Shown here in pieces: positions 8,080 through 17,369 of a stretch of DNA of 51,785 bases. How positions within the stretch are numbered: the stretch's first letter is position 1; each line of letters starts with the position of its first letter. Under the pieces are notes generated by a model. That model did no database searches, had not been told where the DNA came from, and worked only from the letters and a program-made list of their open reading frames with translations. The position numbers were made by a program, and so were the translations under genes. Origin of the DNA: a virus (Duplodnaviria > Caudoviricetes); IMG/VR virus record IMGVR_UViG_3300017913_002494, positions 1-51,785 of that record, one strand, 5' to 3'.

Positions 8080-8796
8080 CTAGGATAAAAAATTCTGTAC
8101 ACCCTCCAGGGTTAGTTCATTTTTATGTTGACAGTTACTACATTCAAATGAAATATCATGACTGAGTCGAGGCATAGTGTCAACAAAGTTTTTAATCTTT
8201 TCGAACTGCTCTGTATTCATAGAGTCGAGAAACTCCTGTACTTCGTTATCACTTGTTTCTCTCAGATCGATTCTTTCCTCATTTGTATTTACATATCGAA
8301 TACAGCTACGAATCAACTTAAATGCCTGATCTGTCGATGCCTTTTCAGCATTTGCAAGATCAGCTTCAACGATATCATAGAACGTAGGATAGTCTACATC
8401 GATACTAATATCGGCCGTCAGCTGTATATTCTTATCAACTTTCGGCACAGAAACTGCAATCTCGTTTAGTTGAACGGTAACTTCATTTGTAGTACCACAC
8501 TCTGAACACTTCAGGCCAACTTTAGACGATTCACCTACACTCTTTGCCCTCATTTGAAGGAACATGTATTCAATATCAAATGATGTCAGATCTCGAGGTG
8601 ATACTTTATCTTCGATACATGCCGTAATCGTATCGGCCAGTGTAAGGAAGACAGACTTTGAATCACCACTTTCGCTGGCCATCATCAAGTTCTTTTCTTC
8701 TTTCACCAGGAATGGACGGTACCTTACTTTCTTTCCGGTGGAAGGTATTGCCATCTCATATCGAGGCGCATTATTTAGTTTTGGCAGTGCCATCAT
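8080..8796 (-). CDS. gp26: baseplate hub subunit / tail assembly chaperone
   Basis: MALPKL, PSTGKKVRYRPFLVKEEK, LRAKSVGE-like motif, two CxxC pairs. Confidence 0.92.
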   Translation of the reverse strand: MMALPKLNNAPRYEMAIPSTGKKVRYRPFLVKEEKNLMMASESGDSKSVFLTLADTITACIEDKVSPRDLTSFDIEYMFLQMRAKSVGESSKVGLKCSECGTTNEVTVQLNEIAVSVPKVDKNIQLTADISIDVDYPTFYDIVEADLANAEKASTDQAFKLIRSCIRYVNTNEERIDLRETSDNEVQEFLDSMNTEQFEKIKNFVDTMPRLSHDISFECSNCQHKNELTLEGVQNFLS

Positions 8797-8804
8797 TCAA
8801 CTCC

Positions 8805-9446
8805 TTATAATGTAAATGATATTTGTGTCTGACCCGACGGTACCCTCTTCCAGTTTGTATATGAGAACTGCACAGTCATCTCACTAATCCCGTCTGCGTC
8901 ATTATTAAATCCAATCTCTCCAATCGTAGTTGGAAAGGCGTTTTGTAGCTCAACCGAATAAACGGATGTCGTAATATCTAGATTACCTCCGAATGGCAAA
9001 CCTATTCCTCTCGAAACACCGGCTGATATTGGACCAACGTTAATCGATGCCGATGCAAAGAAAGATGGAATGCTATTCGCAAGTTGATGAATCACGATTC
9101 TTCTTTGATATTCCTCTTTGTATTTTACTGTTTGTACGTCTTCACTGAGAATAAGTTCTCTCCACTCGTCAAAGTATGTTCTTACTCCCATATCGTTCAT
9201 GACTAAGAATGACATTGAAACGTCATCTACAGCATAGCCATAGGCTACCTTCTCGAACTTCATACCGACTCTCTTCTCATGAGTCAGGATTTGTTTACCA
9301 GGAAGAGATGCGGTCCTGCACAGGATATTCATTTCTCTTGCGTCTGCACCACCAAGTGATGGCAACTCTACTAGAAAGTTGTTTGGCCTGGCCAGTCCAC
9401 CCTTCTGAGCTATTACACTCTTCATCTTATCGATAGATGCCGTCAT
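8805..9446 (-). CDS. gp54: tail tube-like / baseplate-tail tube initiator (gp54-like)
   Basis: GGLARPNNFLV, CRTASLPGK, L.NAFPTTIG, VQFSY.NW; synteny. Confidence 0.75.
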   Translation of the reverse strand: MTASIDKMKSVIAQKGGLARPNNFLVELPSLGGADAREMNILCRTASLPGKQILTHEKRVGMKFEKVAYGYAVDDVSMSFLVMNDMGVRTYFDEWRELILSEDVQTVKYKEEYQRRIVIHQLANSIPSFFASASINVGPISAGVSRGIGLPFGGNLDITTSVYSVELQNAFPTTIGEIGFNNDADGISEMTVQFSYTNWKRVPSGQTQISFTL

Positions 9447-10012
9447 CCTCTAGCCTTCCTACGTGAATCTCTATAAACTGCATTTGCACCAGCTTTATTC
9501 CAATCTGCAGCCGGAAGAAACGTAGCAATCTCCCATTCCGGTTTGTCTACAAGTGCAAATCTACTACGAACATGCTTGAACAGATAGTGCTTCATTGCAG
9601 GTTCGATAAATCTTTTTGGGATACTTCCATTGTCTGCCAATACAGCATCAAGCACACGAGCTCTGAGAGCCGGTGGAAGATAGTGTAGGTTCAATCCCAT
9701 AAATCCACCTTTGGCTGGACCCATCATAATAATCAATGGAAACCCATCGTAATATGGCAAGGTGTCCTTATGTTTTGGATCATAGAAAAACATATACATT
9801 TCACCGACCGGTCCACGAGTACGTGTCACTGGCCTGTTCTTAAGATCCAAAGCCTCGTCCTGCATGATCTGATTACGTCTGAGTGTAAAGCGACCACGAA
9901 ACATCTGTCTCGCCTTGTCCTGAAACCAGCGTATAGACTGCTTTGTCCGTGGAGTAATACCTGCACGGAATGCTTCGATCTCGAGTTCTCTAAATAGACT
10001 TTCACCTGCCAT
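9443..10012 (-). CDS. gp2: DNA end protector protein
   Basis: GEMYMFFYDPKHKDTLPYYD.FPL, GLNLHYLP. Confidence 0.92.
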   Translation of the reverse strand: MAGESLFRELEIEAFRAGITPRTKQSIRWFQDKARQMFRGRFTLRRNQIMQDEALDLKNRPVTRTRGPVGEMYMFFYDPKHKDTLPYYDGFPLIIMMGPAKGGFMGLNLHYLPPALRARVLDAVLADNGSIPKRFIEPAMKHYLFKHVRSRFALVDKPEWEIATFLPAADWNKAGANAVYRDSRRKARG

Positions 10013-10017
10013 GAGAC

Positions 10018-10025
10018 TATTTATA
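10018..10025 (-). promoter_or_regulatory. T4 late promoter TATAAATA
   Basis: exact consensus 5 nt upstream of gp2 ATG. Confidence 0.85.
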
Positions 10026-10026
10026 A

Positions 10027-10524
10027 CTACTTACGCCGCTTTTTACGGTATGGTCTTAAAGGCTTTAGTTTGCCCGGGACTTTCTTTAGCGGCTTAGTCA
10101 TAATCCCCATCGAATACAATGTTTCTTCCGTCCAGATTTGAAACTCCCACTTGCGGTCCTTACAGAAAGTATTTGCTGCCTCCCACTTATTCATGTTTTT
10201 GACGTAGGTGAGGGCTTCGGTAATGTAACGTTTAGTTCTTCTTTCTCCAGTTGGCGGGGCGGTTTCTTTGGCGGGTTTGATTTCGACGAGGAGTGTTTTG
10301 TCTTCAAAGATAATCTTGAGATCGGGAAAATACCTGTGATACTTCTTATCGGCTTCATAATAGTATGGTATGACTATTTCTTCTGAGCTCCAACCTTTTA
10401 CCTTTGGATTCATATCACACCACTTAAACACGTCCCTTTCCCAAAGAGATCGATAGATAACATTGGTATGATCACCCTTATACTTCTTAGGGTTCAGTAC
10501 ATTGTAGCGTCCAGAATATGCCAT
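10027..10524 (-). CDS. gp4: head completion nuclease
   Basis: NPKKYKGD, YRSLWER, WSSEE, HRYFPD, EIKP. Confidence 0.93.
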   Translation of the reverse strand: MAYSGRYNVLNPKKYKGDHTNVIYRSLWERDVFKWCDMNPKVKGWSSEEIVIPYYYEADKKYHRYFPDLKIIFEDKTLLVEIKPAKETAPPTGERRTKRYITEALTYVKNMNKWEAANTFCKDRKWEFQIWTEETLYSMGIMTKPLKKVPGKLKPLRPYRKKRRK

Positions 10525-10531
10525 ATTTCCG

Positions 10532-10539
10532 TATAAATA
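10532..10539 (+). promoter_or_regulatory. T4 late promoter TATAAATA
   Basis: exact consensus upstream of the baseplate operon. Confidence 0.85.
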
Positions 10540-10576
10540 GTTTCAAATTACTCTTATATCTATAAAGGATTTTGAG

Positions 10577-11581
10577 ATGCCTATGAAGCAAAGCCAGCGT
10601 GGTGCTAGCGGAACTCCAAGAAGTGGACCGTGGAAGTACCCCATTGATATTGGTGAGGAGTATAAGACTAAGATTACGTTTCAAGCAATCGAAGTCATTC
10701 CGCCAAAAATAACAGTATTCGGCTCCAGTGAAACTGTGAGTGAAGGTAAATCCGGCCCTCCTGGCGCGAGTGGTCAGATCCCTGCGACTAACCAGAGTAT
10801 TGGATTTAGTAATACTGTCGTTAACGAACTAGCGGGCGAAAAGGTTGAGCTTTTCGTTCCAATCGCGTTTCAAGTAAATGATGGATTTGACTATTCAACA
10901 CCTTCACTTGGATTGCTTGGTGGTGCACTACTCAATGCCGGTAACTCTGGTACGAGTTTGTTTAAGGCTGGTATGCAATCAATCGGTGAAGGCTTAGGTT
11001 CTATTTTTGATCTTGCTAAGTCAGGTGAGGTTGGTCGAATCGCAGCGGTCAGAGCAGCACAGAATCTCGGCGATACTGTAGGTAGCGCTGCAAGTGTTTT
11101 GACTCGAGCATCATTGAATCCTAATATCCGTACACAGTTCAATGCAGCCAGTGTGCGTGAGTTTAACTTTACTTTCAAAATGATTCCACGGTCTCAGGAA
11201 GAATCACTGAACATCAAGGCGATTATTCGCTTCTTCAGATTTCATTCATACCCTGAGAAGATTGATGGAGCGGGTGCGAATATTGCATTCAACTATCCTA
11301 ATCTATTCCGCATCCGCCTACTTACAGGAAGTGGTGATCGAAGATTCAAGAACGTTGGTACACCAATCAAACTCTGTTATCTGAAGACTGTAGCTGCGGC
11401 ATATAATGCAACCAGCGCGGTACTACATGAAGATGGTGCACCGACGGAAGTTGATCTAACACTTACATTTACCGAGTACAAACCTCTGTCACGTAGTGAT
11501 GTTGTAGGCGAAGAACTGAGATCATTCTACGATTACGAGAATCAATCATCATTCCCACCGGATAAGTATGGAGGACTTTAA
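10577..11581 (+). CDS. gp48: baseplate tail tube cap
   Basis: LNPN..F....REFNFTFKMIPRSQEES, YP..F, LTLTFTE; synteny. Confidence 0.85.
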   Translation: MPMKQSQRGASGTPRSGPWKYPIDIGEEYKTKITFQAIEVIPPKITVFGSSETVSEGKSGPPGASGQIPATNQSIGFSNTVVNELAGEKVELFVPIAFQVNDGFDYSTPSLGLLGGALLNAGNSGTSLFKAGMQSIGEGLGSIFDLAKSGEVGRIAAVRAAQNLGDTVGSAASVLTRASLNPNIRTQFNAASVREFNFTFKMIPRSQEESLNIKAIIRFFRFHSYPEKIDGAGANIAFNYPNLFRIRLLTGSGDRRFKNVGTPIKLCYLKTVAAAYNATSAVLHEDGAPTEVDLTLTFTEYKPLSRSDVVGEELRSFYDYENQSSFPPDKYGGL

Positions 11582-12309
11582 TGGCATTCTTTAGAGACTT
11601 TCAAAAAATGCTGTACAAGTTTGGTGAAGAACCGGATCCAGCAGTATTTCAAAATATTTCAATCTATGCAGACACGATCGATGCTATTCGTGATGCCGCG
11701 ACATCATATCAGAACTACTATGTTCTACCAGATGAAAGACCAGACCAGGTGTCCTATAAGTTATATGGAACGCCTGACTTTCACTGGACATTCTTTTTGA
11801 TGAACCCTACTCTGAGAGAATGTGGTTGGCCACTCGCAGAACGGACAATCTTTGAAAAAGCACAGAAGCTTTATCCTGAAACTATTCTGACTACACGGAC
11901 TAAACTAACCGACAGGTTTAAAGTCGATCAGACAATAACAGGTGTTACATCAGGCGTTACTGCAAAGATAACACGAAGATTTCTTGACATCGGCCAGTTG
12001 CAGATTAAGGATGCATCTGGTTCTTTTACAGTTGGTGAAACGATTAGATCAACAAATACTGATGGAACAATCGAAGAGATTGTATTGACATCAGAAGCAG
12101 TCAAATATAACTCTGCACATCACTATGAGAATGCAGATAAGGAATGGGTTGACATTGATCCGGAAACTGGACCGGGTGTATCTCTTACGGAAATCACTTG
12201 GTTGGATAGACTTGTAAAAGCAAATGACGACCTAAGACAGATTCGCGTTATTCGTAACAATATTATCGACGATGTAGTGAGATCATTTAGAGATGCTGTG
12301 AGGATCTAA
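11581..12309 (+). CDS. gp53: baseplate wedge subunit
   Basis: ERPDQVSYKLYG...HWTFFLMN...WP, HHYE. Confidence 0.9.
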   Translation: MAFFRDFQKMLYKFGEEPDPAVFQNISIYADTIDAIRDAATSYQNYYVLPDERPDQVSYKLYGTPDFHWTFFLMNPTLRECGWPLAERTIFEKAQKLYPETILTTRTKLTDRFKVDQTITGVTSGVTAKITRRFLDIGQLQIKDASGSFTVGETIRSTNTDGTIEEIVLTSEAVKYNSAHHYENADKEWVDIDPETGPGVSLTEITWLDRLVKANDDLRQIRVIRNNIIDDVVRSFRDAVRI

Positions 12310-13649
12310 TGGCCAGACCTGGAGCTAATAGATCAGTACAAGGTTTTGAGTATGAGACTATTTTACTCGAGTCAGAAAGACTCGATAAACCAGTCGAACT
12401 ACGTAATATTGTAACTGACCTGGATGTTTTTGAAAACCTTGATAAACCGTATCTTACTGCAAAGATGCTGGTCGTTGATAATGCTGATCTCCTAGCACAA
12501 GCTGACCTGCTCGGAGCAGAGACAGTTACTATACGTATCAAGAGCGATAATCCTGATGGGATTGCTTTTCAAAAGAAGTTTTACATCAATCAGGTAACCG
12601 CATCTGATAAGGCCGGTGATCATACACAGGTTCATACCTTTCATATGATCGAGGATATTGCATATATCTCTGGTCTTAAAAACGTCAATAGATATTATAC
12701 CGGACAGGCAAAGACTATTATTTCTAAGATTGCACAAGAGTTTCTTGGCAAGCAGGTAAAGTCAACTGACAATGATAAGCAGGCAGTAAAGCTCATTGTC
12801 CCTAACCTTACACCACTCGAAGCAATCAAGTGGATTTCAAATAGAACCACGACTTCAGATGGTTATCCTTTCTATGTCTTTTCGTCATTGACGCAGAATA
12901 AACTATTCTTCAATGACCTGGGTAGTATGTTACAGGAGCCAGTGATTAACCCCGATCTGTCATATAAGTTATCGTCATCCTCAGTCGGTGCTGGAGATGA
13001 GAACGTAAAGAGAAGAACCATAAGGCAGCATAAGTTTTCGAAAAACGCCGAGGATCTACTTACACATATTCGTAAAGGATTGGTCGGTGCAAAATATGAT
13101 TACATCGATACGATTAATGACAAGCAACGAGGATTTCAGTTTGACGTAAAGAAGGACGTATTCGATCCTCTGGTTTCAGCGCAAGTATTACAGGCGAATC
13201 AAAGTAACTTTGCTTTTAGTGAGAAATATCAGGTAGACGGAAAGTCATTTAATAAGACTGCGTCAAAGACGATTACACAGGTTAGAGGATCTGGTGCATA
13301 TCGTGAAGTTGATACTGATGACTATACACTGAGTTATGCAGAGGCCAACAAAGGAAGTGATTATAAACTTGAAGTTATTTCGAGAGCAATCGATAACTAT
13401 ACAAAGACCGGTGCGTTAACAATGGTTGTTGATGGTTTGGATTTTATTGATGGTGATAAACATTCAACGATTGGAAATAATATAAGAGTCGAGTTTCTGA
13501 CTACGGATCCTGATGTTGATAGAGGTAAGAACCGTTTGGATCCAAAGAAGTCCGGCGACTATTTAGTATATTCTACGAGACATATGTTCACAAAGGAAGG
13601 GCATAATATTTCGCTGATGTTGATTAAGATAGGAAACTACAGAAGATGA
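12309..13649 (+). CDS. baseplate hub protein (gp27-like)
   Basis: position between gp53 and gp5; size; SGDYLV..RH.F C-terminal motif. Confidence 0.65.
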   Translation: MARPGANRSVQGFEYETILLESERLDKPVELRNIVTDLDVFENLDKPYLTAKMLVVDNADLLAQADLLGAETVTIRIKSDNPDGIAFQKKFYINQVTASDKAGDHTQVHTFHMIEDIAYISGLKNVNRYYTGQAKTIISKIAQEFLGKQVKSTDNDKQAVKLIVPNLTPLEAIKWISNRTTTSDGYPFYVFSSLTQNKLFFNDLGSMLQEPVINPDLSYKLSSSSVGAGDENVKRRTIRQHKFSKNAEDLLTHIRKGLVGAKYDYIDTINDKQRGFQFDVKKDVFDPLVSAQVLQANQSNFAFSEKYQVDGKSFNKTASKTITQVRGSGAYREVDTDDYTLSYAEANKGSDYKLEVISRAIDNYTKTGALTMVVDGLDFIDGDKHSTIGNNIRVEFLTTDPDVDRGKNRLDPKKSGDYLVYSTRHMFTKEGHNISLMLIKIGNYRR

Positions 13650-14332
13650 TTCCTACACGATATAAAGAATTTTATGGTGATGAAACTCGGTGGTTTATTG
13701 GAACTGTCGTTGATCTAAATGATCCGATGGAACTTGGTAGAATACGTGTTAGGATCATGGGTATTCATACCGATGATAAACAACAGATTCCAGATGAAGG
13801 ATTGCCGTGGGCACAAACAATCTTACCGGTAAGCGAAGGTGGTACAAATGGATTGGGTATTAATACAGGAATACAAACTAATGCAAGAGTCTTTGGAGTT
13901 TTTCTTGATGGAAGCAACAGTCAACTCCCCTTGGTCCTTGGATCAATGCCTAAGTTGGAAGAAGATAGTGCTGGAGGTAGATCAACATCTCAACTGGCTC
14001 GTGGAACAAACACCATTACTAAAACACCAGACTCAACAACTGGTGAACCAGCTTCTCCTTACGCTGCAGAGTATCCACACAACAGCGTGCACTCAACACC
14101 TAGTGGCCACGTAATCGAGATTGATGATACACCGGATGCTGAACGTATTCATATCTATCATAAGTCCGGTACGTTTGTAGAGATGCATCCGAATGGTGAT
14201 GTTGTTACACATACAAAGAATGGTTTTAAGACCGTGACAGGAGATGAAAAGATTCACGTTACTGGAAATCTCGAGATCCATGCTGACGGAGATATTACAA
14301 TGACAACAGGAGGCAAGATCTTCTTGAACTAA
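13646..14332 (+). CDS. gp5: central spike gp5 (OB fold plus short beta-helix, no lysozyme domain)
   Basis: WFIG.V....DP..LGRIRVR, LPWA, YPHN...TPSGH..E.DDTP..ERIH. Confidence 0.92.
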   Translation: MIPTRYKEFYGDETRWFIGTVVDLNDPMELGRIRVRIMGIHTDDKQQIPDEGLPWAQTILPVSEGGTNGLGINTGIQTNARVFGVFLDGSNSQLPLVLGSMPKLEEDSAGGRSTSQLARGTNTITKTPDSTTGEPASPYAAEYPHNSVHSTPSGHVIEIDDTPDAERIHIYHKSGTFVEMHPNGDVVTHTKNGFKTVTGDEKIHVTGNLEIHADGDITMTTGGKIFLN

Positions 14333-14333
14333 T

Positions 14334-14627
14334 ATGCCGGGTATTACACGTAAAGGAACAGATGCACACGTAGGACATGCATCACCGACACCGAATCCAT
14401 TTCATAAGGCATCTTATGCAAGTGGTTCACCAAACGTGATTGTGAATGGTGCAAGTGCAGTTAGAATCGGAGATGCAACCGGTTGTGGTGATCCAGCCAC
14501 TGCAGGATCAAGTAAAGTAATCGTAAATGGACGTGGTGTGCACAGGATTGGCGATGGCACTGGTGGCCACGGCTCTTGGGTCCCGAACGCATCTGGTGGC
14601 GGTTCTAATAACGTAATAGCAGGGTAA
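14334..14627 (+). CDS. gp5.4: PAAR spike-tip protein
   Basis: GSPNVIVNG..AVRIGD repeats with His/Cys ligands; follows gp5. Confidence 0.9.
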   Translation: MPGITRKGTDAHVGHASPTPNPFHKASYASGSPNVIVNGASAVRIGDATGCGDPATAGSSKVIVNGRGVHRIGDGTGGHGSWVPNASGGGSNNVIAG

Positions 14628-14628
14628 T

Positions 14629-14838
14629 ATGGGAAATCCAGACTATGCAAGACTCCTGCCACTAATCGCAGCCGAAACGGATTCGGATAAGAAGCAGGCT
14701 TTGATTGATGAGTGTTATGTATTTGTTGAGCCGCTAACACAAGAACAAGAGGATTTATTCGCGTATATGAGTCGTGATTATGTAGTAGACAATCCAGATA
14801 GTGATGGTCTAAGTTATGTAGGGAAATATTTCGTATGA
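14629..14838 (+). CDS. small acidic hypothetical protein
   Basis: compact ORF tightly packed in the late operon. Confidence 0.65.
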   Translation: MGNPDYARLLPLIAAETDSDKKQALIDECYVFVEPLTQEQEDLFAYMSRDYVVDNPDSDGLSYVGKYFV

Positions 14839-15071
14839 GTATTATTACAAGATCAGATAAGGGGTCAGCGCTGACTTATGCTGAGATGGATAGTAACTTC
14901 CGTCAACTCGGTGGAACCAATATTGATTCTGCTGGCTACATTCTCGTTAGTACAGGTAACGGTGGCGTAAAGTATGCGAAGGCGACTGACTCCTCCTTCA
15001 GCCTAGGCTTTAATAAAATCAGTCTAAGAAACTCTGGTGGTACATCACTGGTTAAGATTTTGGTTGAATAA
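14835..15071 (+). CDS. small virion structural protein
   Basis: R..KGSALTYAEMDSNF fibre-attachment-like motif. Confidence 0.7.
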   Translation: MSIITRSDKGSALTYAEMDSNFRQLGGTNIDSAGYILVSTGNGGVKYAKATDSSFSLGFNKISLRNSGGTSLVKILVE

Positions 15072-15074
15072 CGG

Positions 15075-15082
15075 TATAAATA
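15075..15082 (+). promoter_or_regulatory. T4 late promoter TATAAATA
   Basis: exact consensus 5 nt upstream of gp25 ATG 15088. Confidence 0.85.
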
Positions 15083-15087
15083 GGATC

Positions 15088-15528
15088 ATGGCAAGAGTAT
15101 TTTCGCAAGAGGACGGCAATCTAAACACGAAGAGTATTATCACTTCTCGTGTCGTGGCTAATAGCGACATCGATTTGACATTTGCGAAAAAGCCGAATGG
15201 AGACATTTATAAGAAAACGGACGCTGCCGCTGTTAAACAGGCAGTAAAGAACTTGCTTCTGACGAATCATACAGAAAAACCATTTCAGCCCCTGTTTGGT
15301 GGTGACCTTAATCGATTTCTTTTTGCGCTTGACACAGAGTTTGATGATGTTGACATTGAAGAGAGAGTTACAAGTGCTATCAATAACCACGAACCAAGAG
15401 CGGCAGTCAGAAACGTCAAAGCAAACTTTTTACCAGACGAAAATAGTGTTGAGGTAACTGTGAACTTTCAAGTCATATCAACACTTGAAAATGTAGAACT
15501 CACAGTATCCCTTACGAGGTTAAGATAA
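15088..15528 (+). CDS. gp25: baseplate wedge subunit
   Basis: AVKQAVKNLLLTN..EKPFQP.FG, HEPRA, L.RLR. Confidence 0.93.
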   Translation: MARVFSQEDGNLNTKSIITSRVVANSDIDLTFAKKPNGDIYKKTDAAAVKQAVKNLLLTNHTEKPFQPLFGGDLNRFLFALDTEFDDVDIEERVTSAINNHEPRAAVRNVKANFLPDENSVEVTVNFQVISTLENVELTVSLTRLR

Positions 15529-17369
15529 TGACAACGATACAATCTTCAGATCTTGACTTTGATGCTATCAAGTCAGCTTTAAAGACACACCTCAAGAGAG
15601 GTACTGACTTTACTGACTATGACTTTGAAGCATCTGGTCTGTCTAATATACTCGACGTATTAGCATATAATACTCATCTCAATGGACTGATCGCAAACGT
15701 AGGTTTGAACGAATCGTTCCTTACATCTGCGCAGCTCAGATCATCGGTAGTTTCTCATGCCGAAACACTTGGTTACTATCCACGGTCCAAGACAGCATCA
15801 TCCATTAAGTTGAATCTAACTGTCGCATCAACCGATACAACAACCGGTACCATTACACTTCCAGCCTACACGGAGTTTACGACTTCGGTAGATGACGTAT
15901 CATATACATTCCGCAACACCGAAGAGTTTACTGCGGCAAATGATGGTAATGGTAACTTTACATTCAAGACGACAGACGGTTCATCCGACATTGTAGTCAA
16001 GGAAGGTGCACTCAAAACAAAGACATATCTTGTTGGCGATGAAACGGATAATCAAGTCTATGTTATTCCAGACGAGAATATTGATACCGAAACGATTGCT
16101 GTAACAGTCTTTCCAACTGCTGCATCAACAAGTGGTACTACATACACTGACATTCAGAATTCAGTTAGAATCAATGCTACATCGACTGTGTTTATTGTAA
16201 GAGAAGTGCCGAATGGCTTTTTTGAACTGACATTCTCAGAAGGTAATGTATTGGGTAAGGCACCTGAAGCTGGCAATAAGATTGAAGTCAAGTATCTTCA
16301 GACAAAGGGCAAGGACGCAAATAATGCTACCAGCTTTACGACTACAAAAGAATATACACTGACAAGCGGTGATCATGGTATTACTATTACTCTTCCATCA
16401 GGCACAACAAAATCCGGTGGTGGAGATGATAAGGAAACGATCGGATCAATCAAGGCAAATGCACCGATTGCATTTGCTACGCAACAGAGATTGGTGACTG
16501 CCGAAGACTACAAGGCTTTGATTCTTCAAAGATATTCATCGACCGTAAAGGACGTAACTGCCTGGGGTGGTAACGATAACGTTCCAAAGAACTATGGTAA
16601 CGTTTACGTTTCACTTAACTTCAAGGACAATATTGACGCTGCTACTCAGGCTTCGACAAAGGATAGCATTAAGAATACATTGAGTGAGAATCTTGGTATC
16701 ATGTCAATCGATACGATCTTCTCAGATCCAATCAGTACTTTCCTTGAGTTGACTACTACATTTAACTTTGATCCGGATTTGACTGGTGATACTATTGAAG
16801 CTACACAAACTCGAGTTCAGTCAGCGATTAATACATACATCACCGACAATCTGAATACGTTTGATGCAGTCTTTAGAAGATCACAACTCTTGACAACAAT
16901 CGATGCTCTTGGTCCTGCGGTACTGAATACTTCGATTGATCCTAAAGTTCAGCAAAGATTTACTCCTACATTAAACTTCCTGCAGAATCTTGACGTTAAC
17001 TTCCCGGTAGCACTACAAGCTCCGGACGATGTTACGCATATTGTTCAGACTGGTACGTTCAACGATCAGAATGGCGAACAAAGCTTTATTCGAAACAAGC
17101 TCGAGAGCACAACTCTTGAAATGGTAAATAACGTAACGGGCAATATCTCAAAGGATAACGTTGGAAGTTACAATCCTTCGACCGGTGTTGTCAGCTTTGT
17201 TGGTATCGAGATCTCATCGTTTACCGGAGATGATATTAAGATCTCTGCTATTCCTAATGATAAGAGTACTATCAAACCGTTGAGAAACTATATCCTCAAA
17301 GTTGACACCGATAAGTCATCATCGACCGGTATCATTGACTATCAGAACACGGCTACGACACTGACATAA
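15528..17369 (+). CDS. gp6: baseplate wedge subunit
   Basis: LDFDAIK, DYDFEASGLS.ILDVLAYNTH, Q.RLVTAEDY. Confidence 0.95.
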   Translation: MTTIQSSDLDFDAIKSALKTHLKRGTDFTDYDFEASGLSNILDVLAYNTHLNGLIANVGLNESFLTSAQLRSSVVSHAETLGYYPRSKTASSIKLNLTVASTDTTTGTITLPAYTEFTTSVDDVSYTFRNTEEFTAANDGNGNFTFKTTDGSSDIVVKEGALKTKTYLVGDETDNQVYVIPDENIDTETIAVTVFPTAASTSGTTYTDIQNSVRINATSTVFIVREVPNGFFELTFSEGNVLGKAPEAGNKIEVKYLQTKGKDANNATSFTTTKEYTLTSGDHGITITLPSGTTKSGGGDDKETIGSIKANAPIAFATQQRLVTAEDYKALILQRYSSTVKDVTAWGGNDNVPKNYGNVYVSLNFKDNIDAATQASTKDSIKNTLSENLGIMSIDTIFSDPISTFLELTTTFNFDPDLTGDTIEATQTRVQSAINTYITDNLNTFDAVFRRSQLLTTIDALGPAVLNTSIDPKVQQRFTPTLNFLQNLDVNFPVALQAPDDVTHIVQTGTFNDQNGEQSFIRNKLESTTLEMVNNVTGNISKDNVGSYNPSTGVVSFVGIEISSFTGDDIKISAIPNDKSTIKPLRNYILKVDTDKSSSTGIIDYQNTATTLT

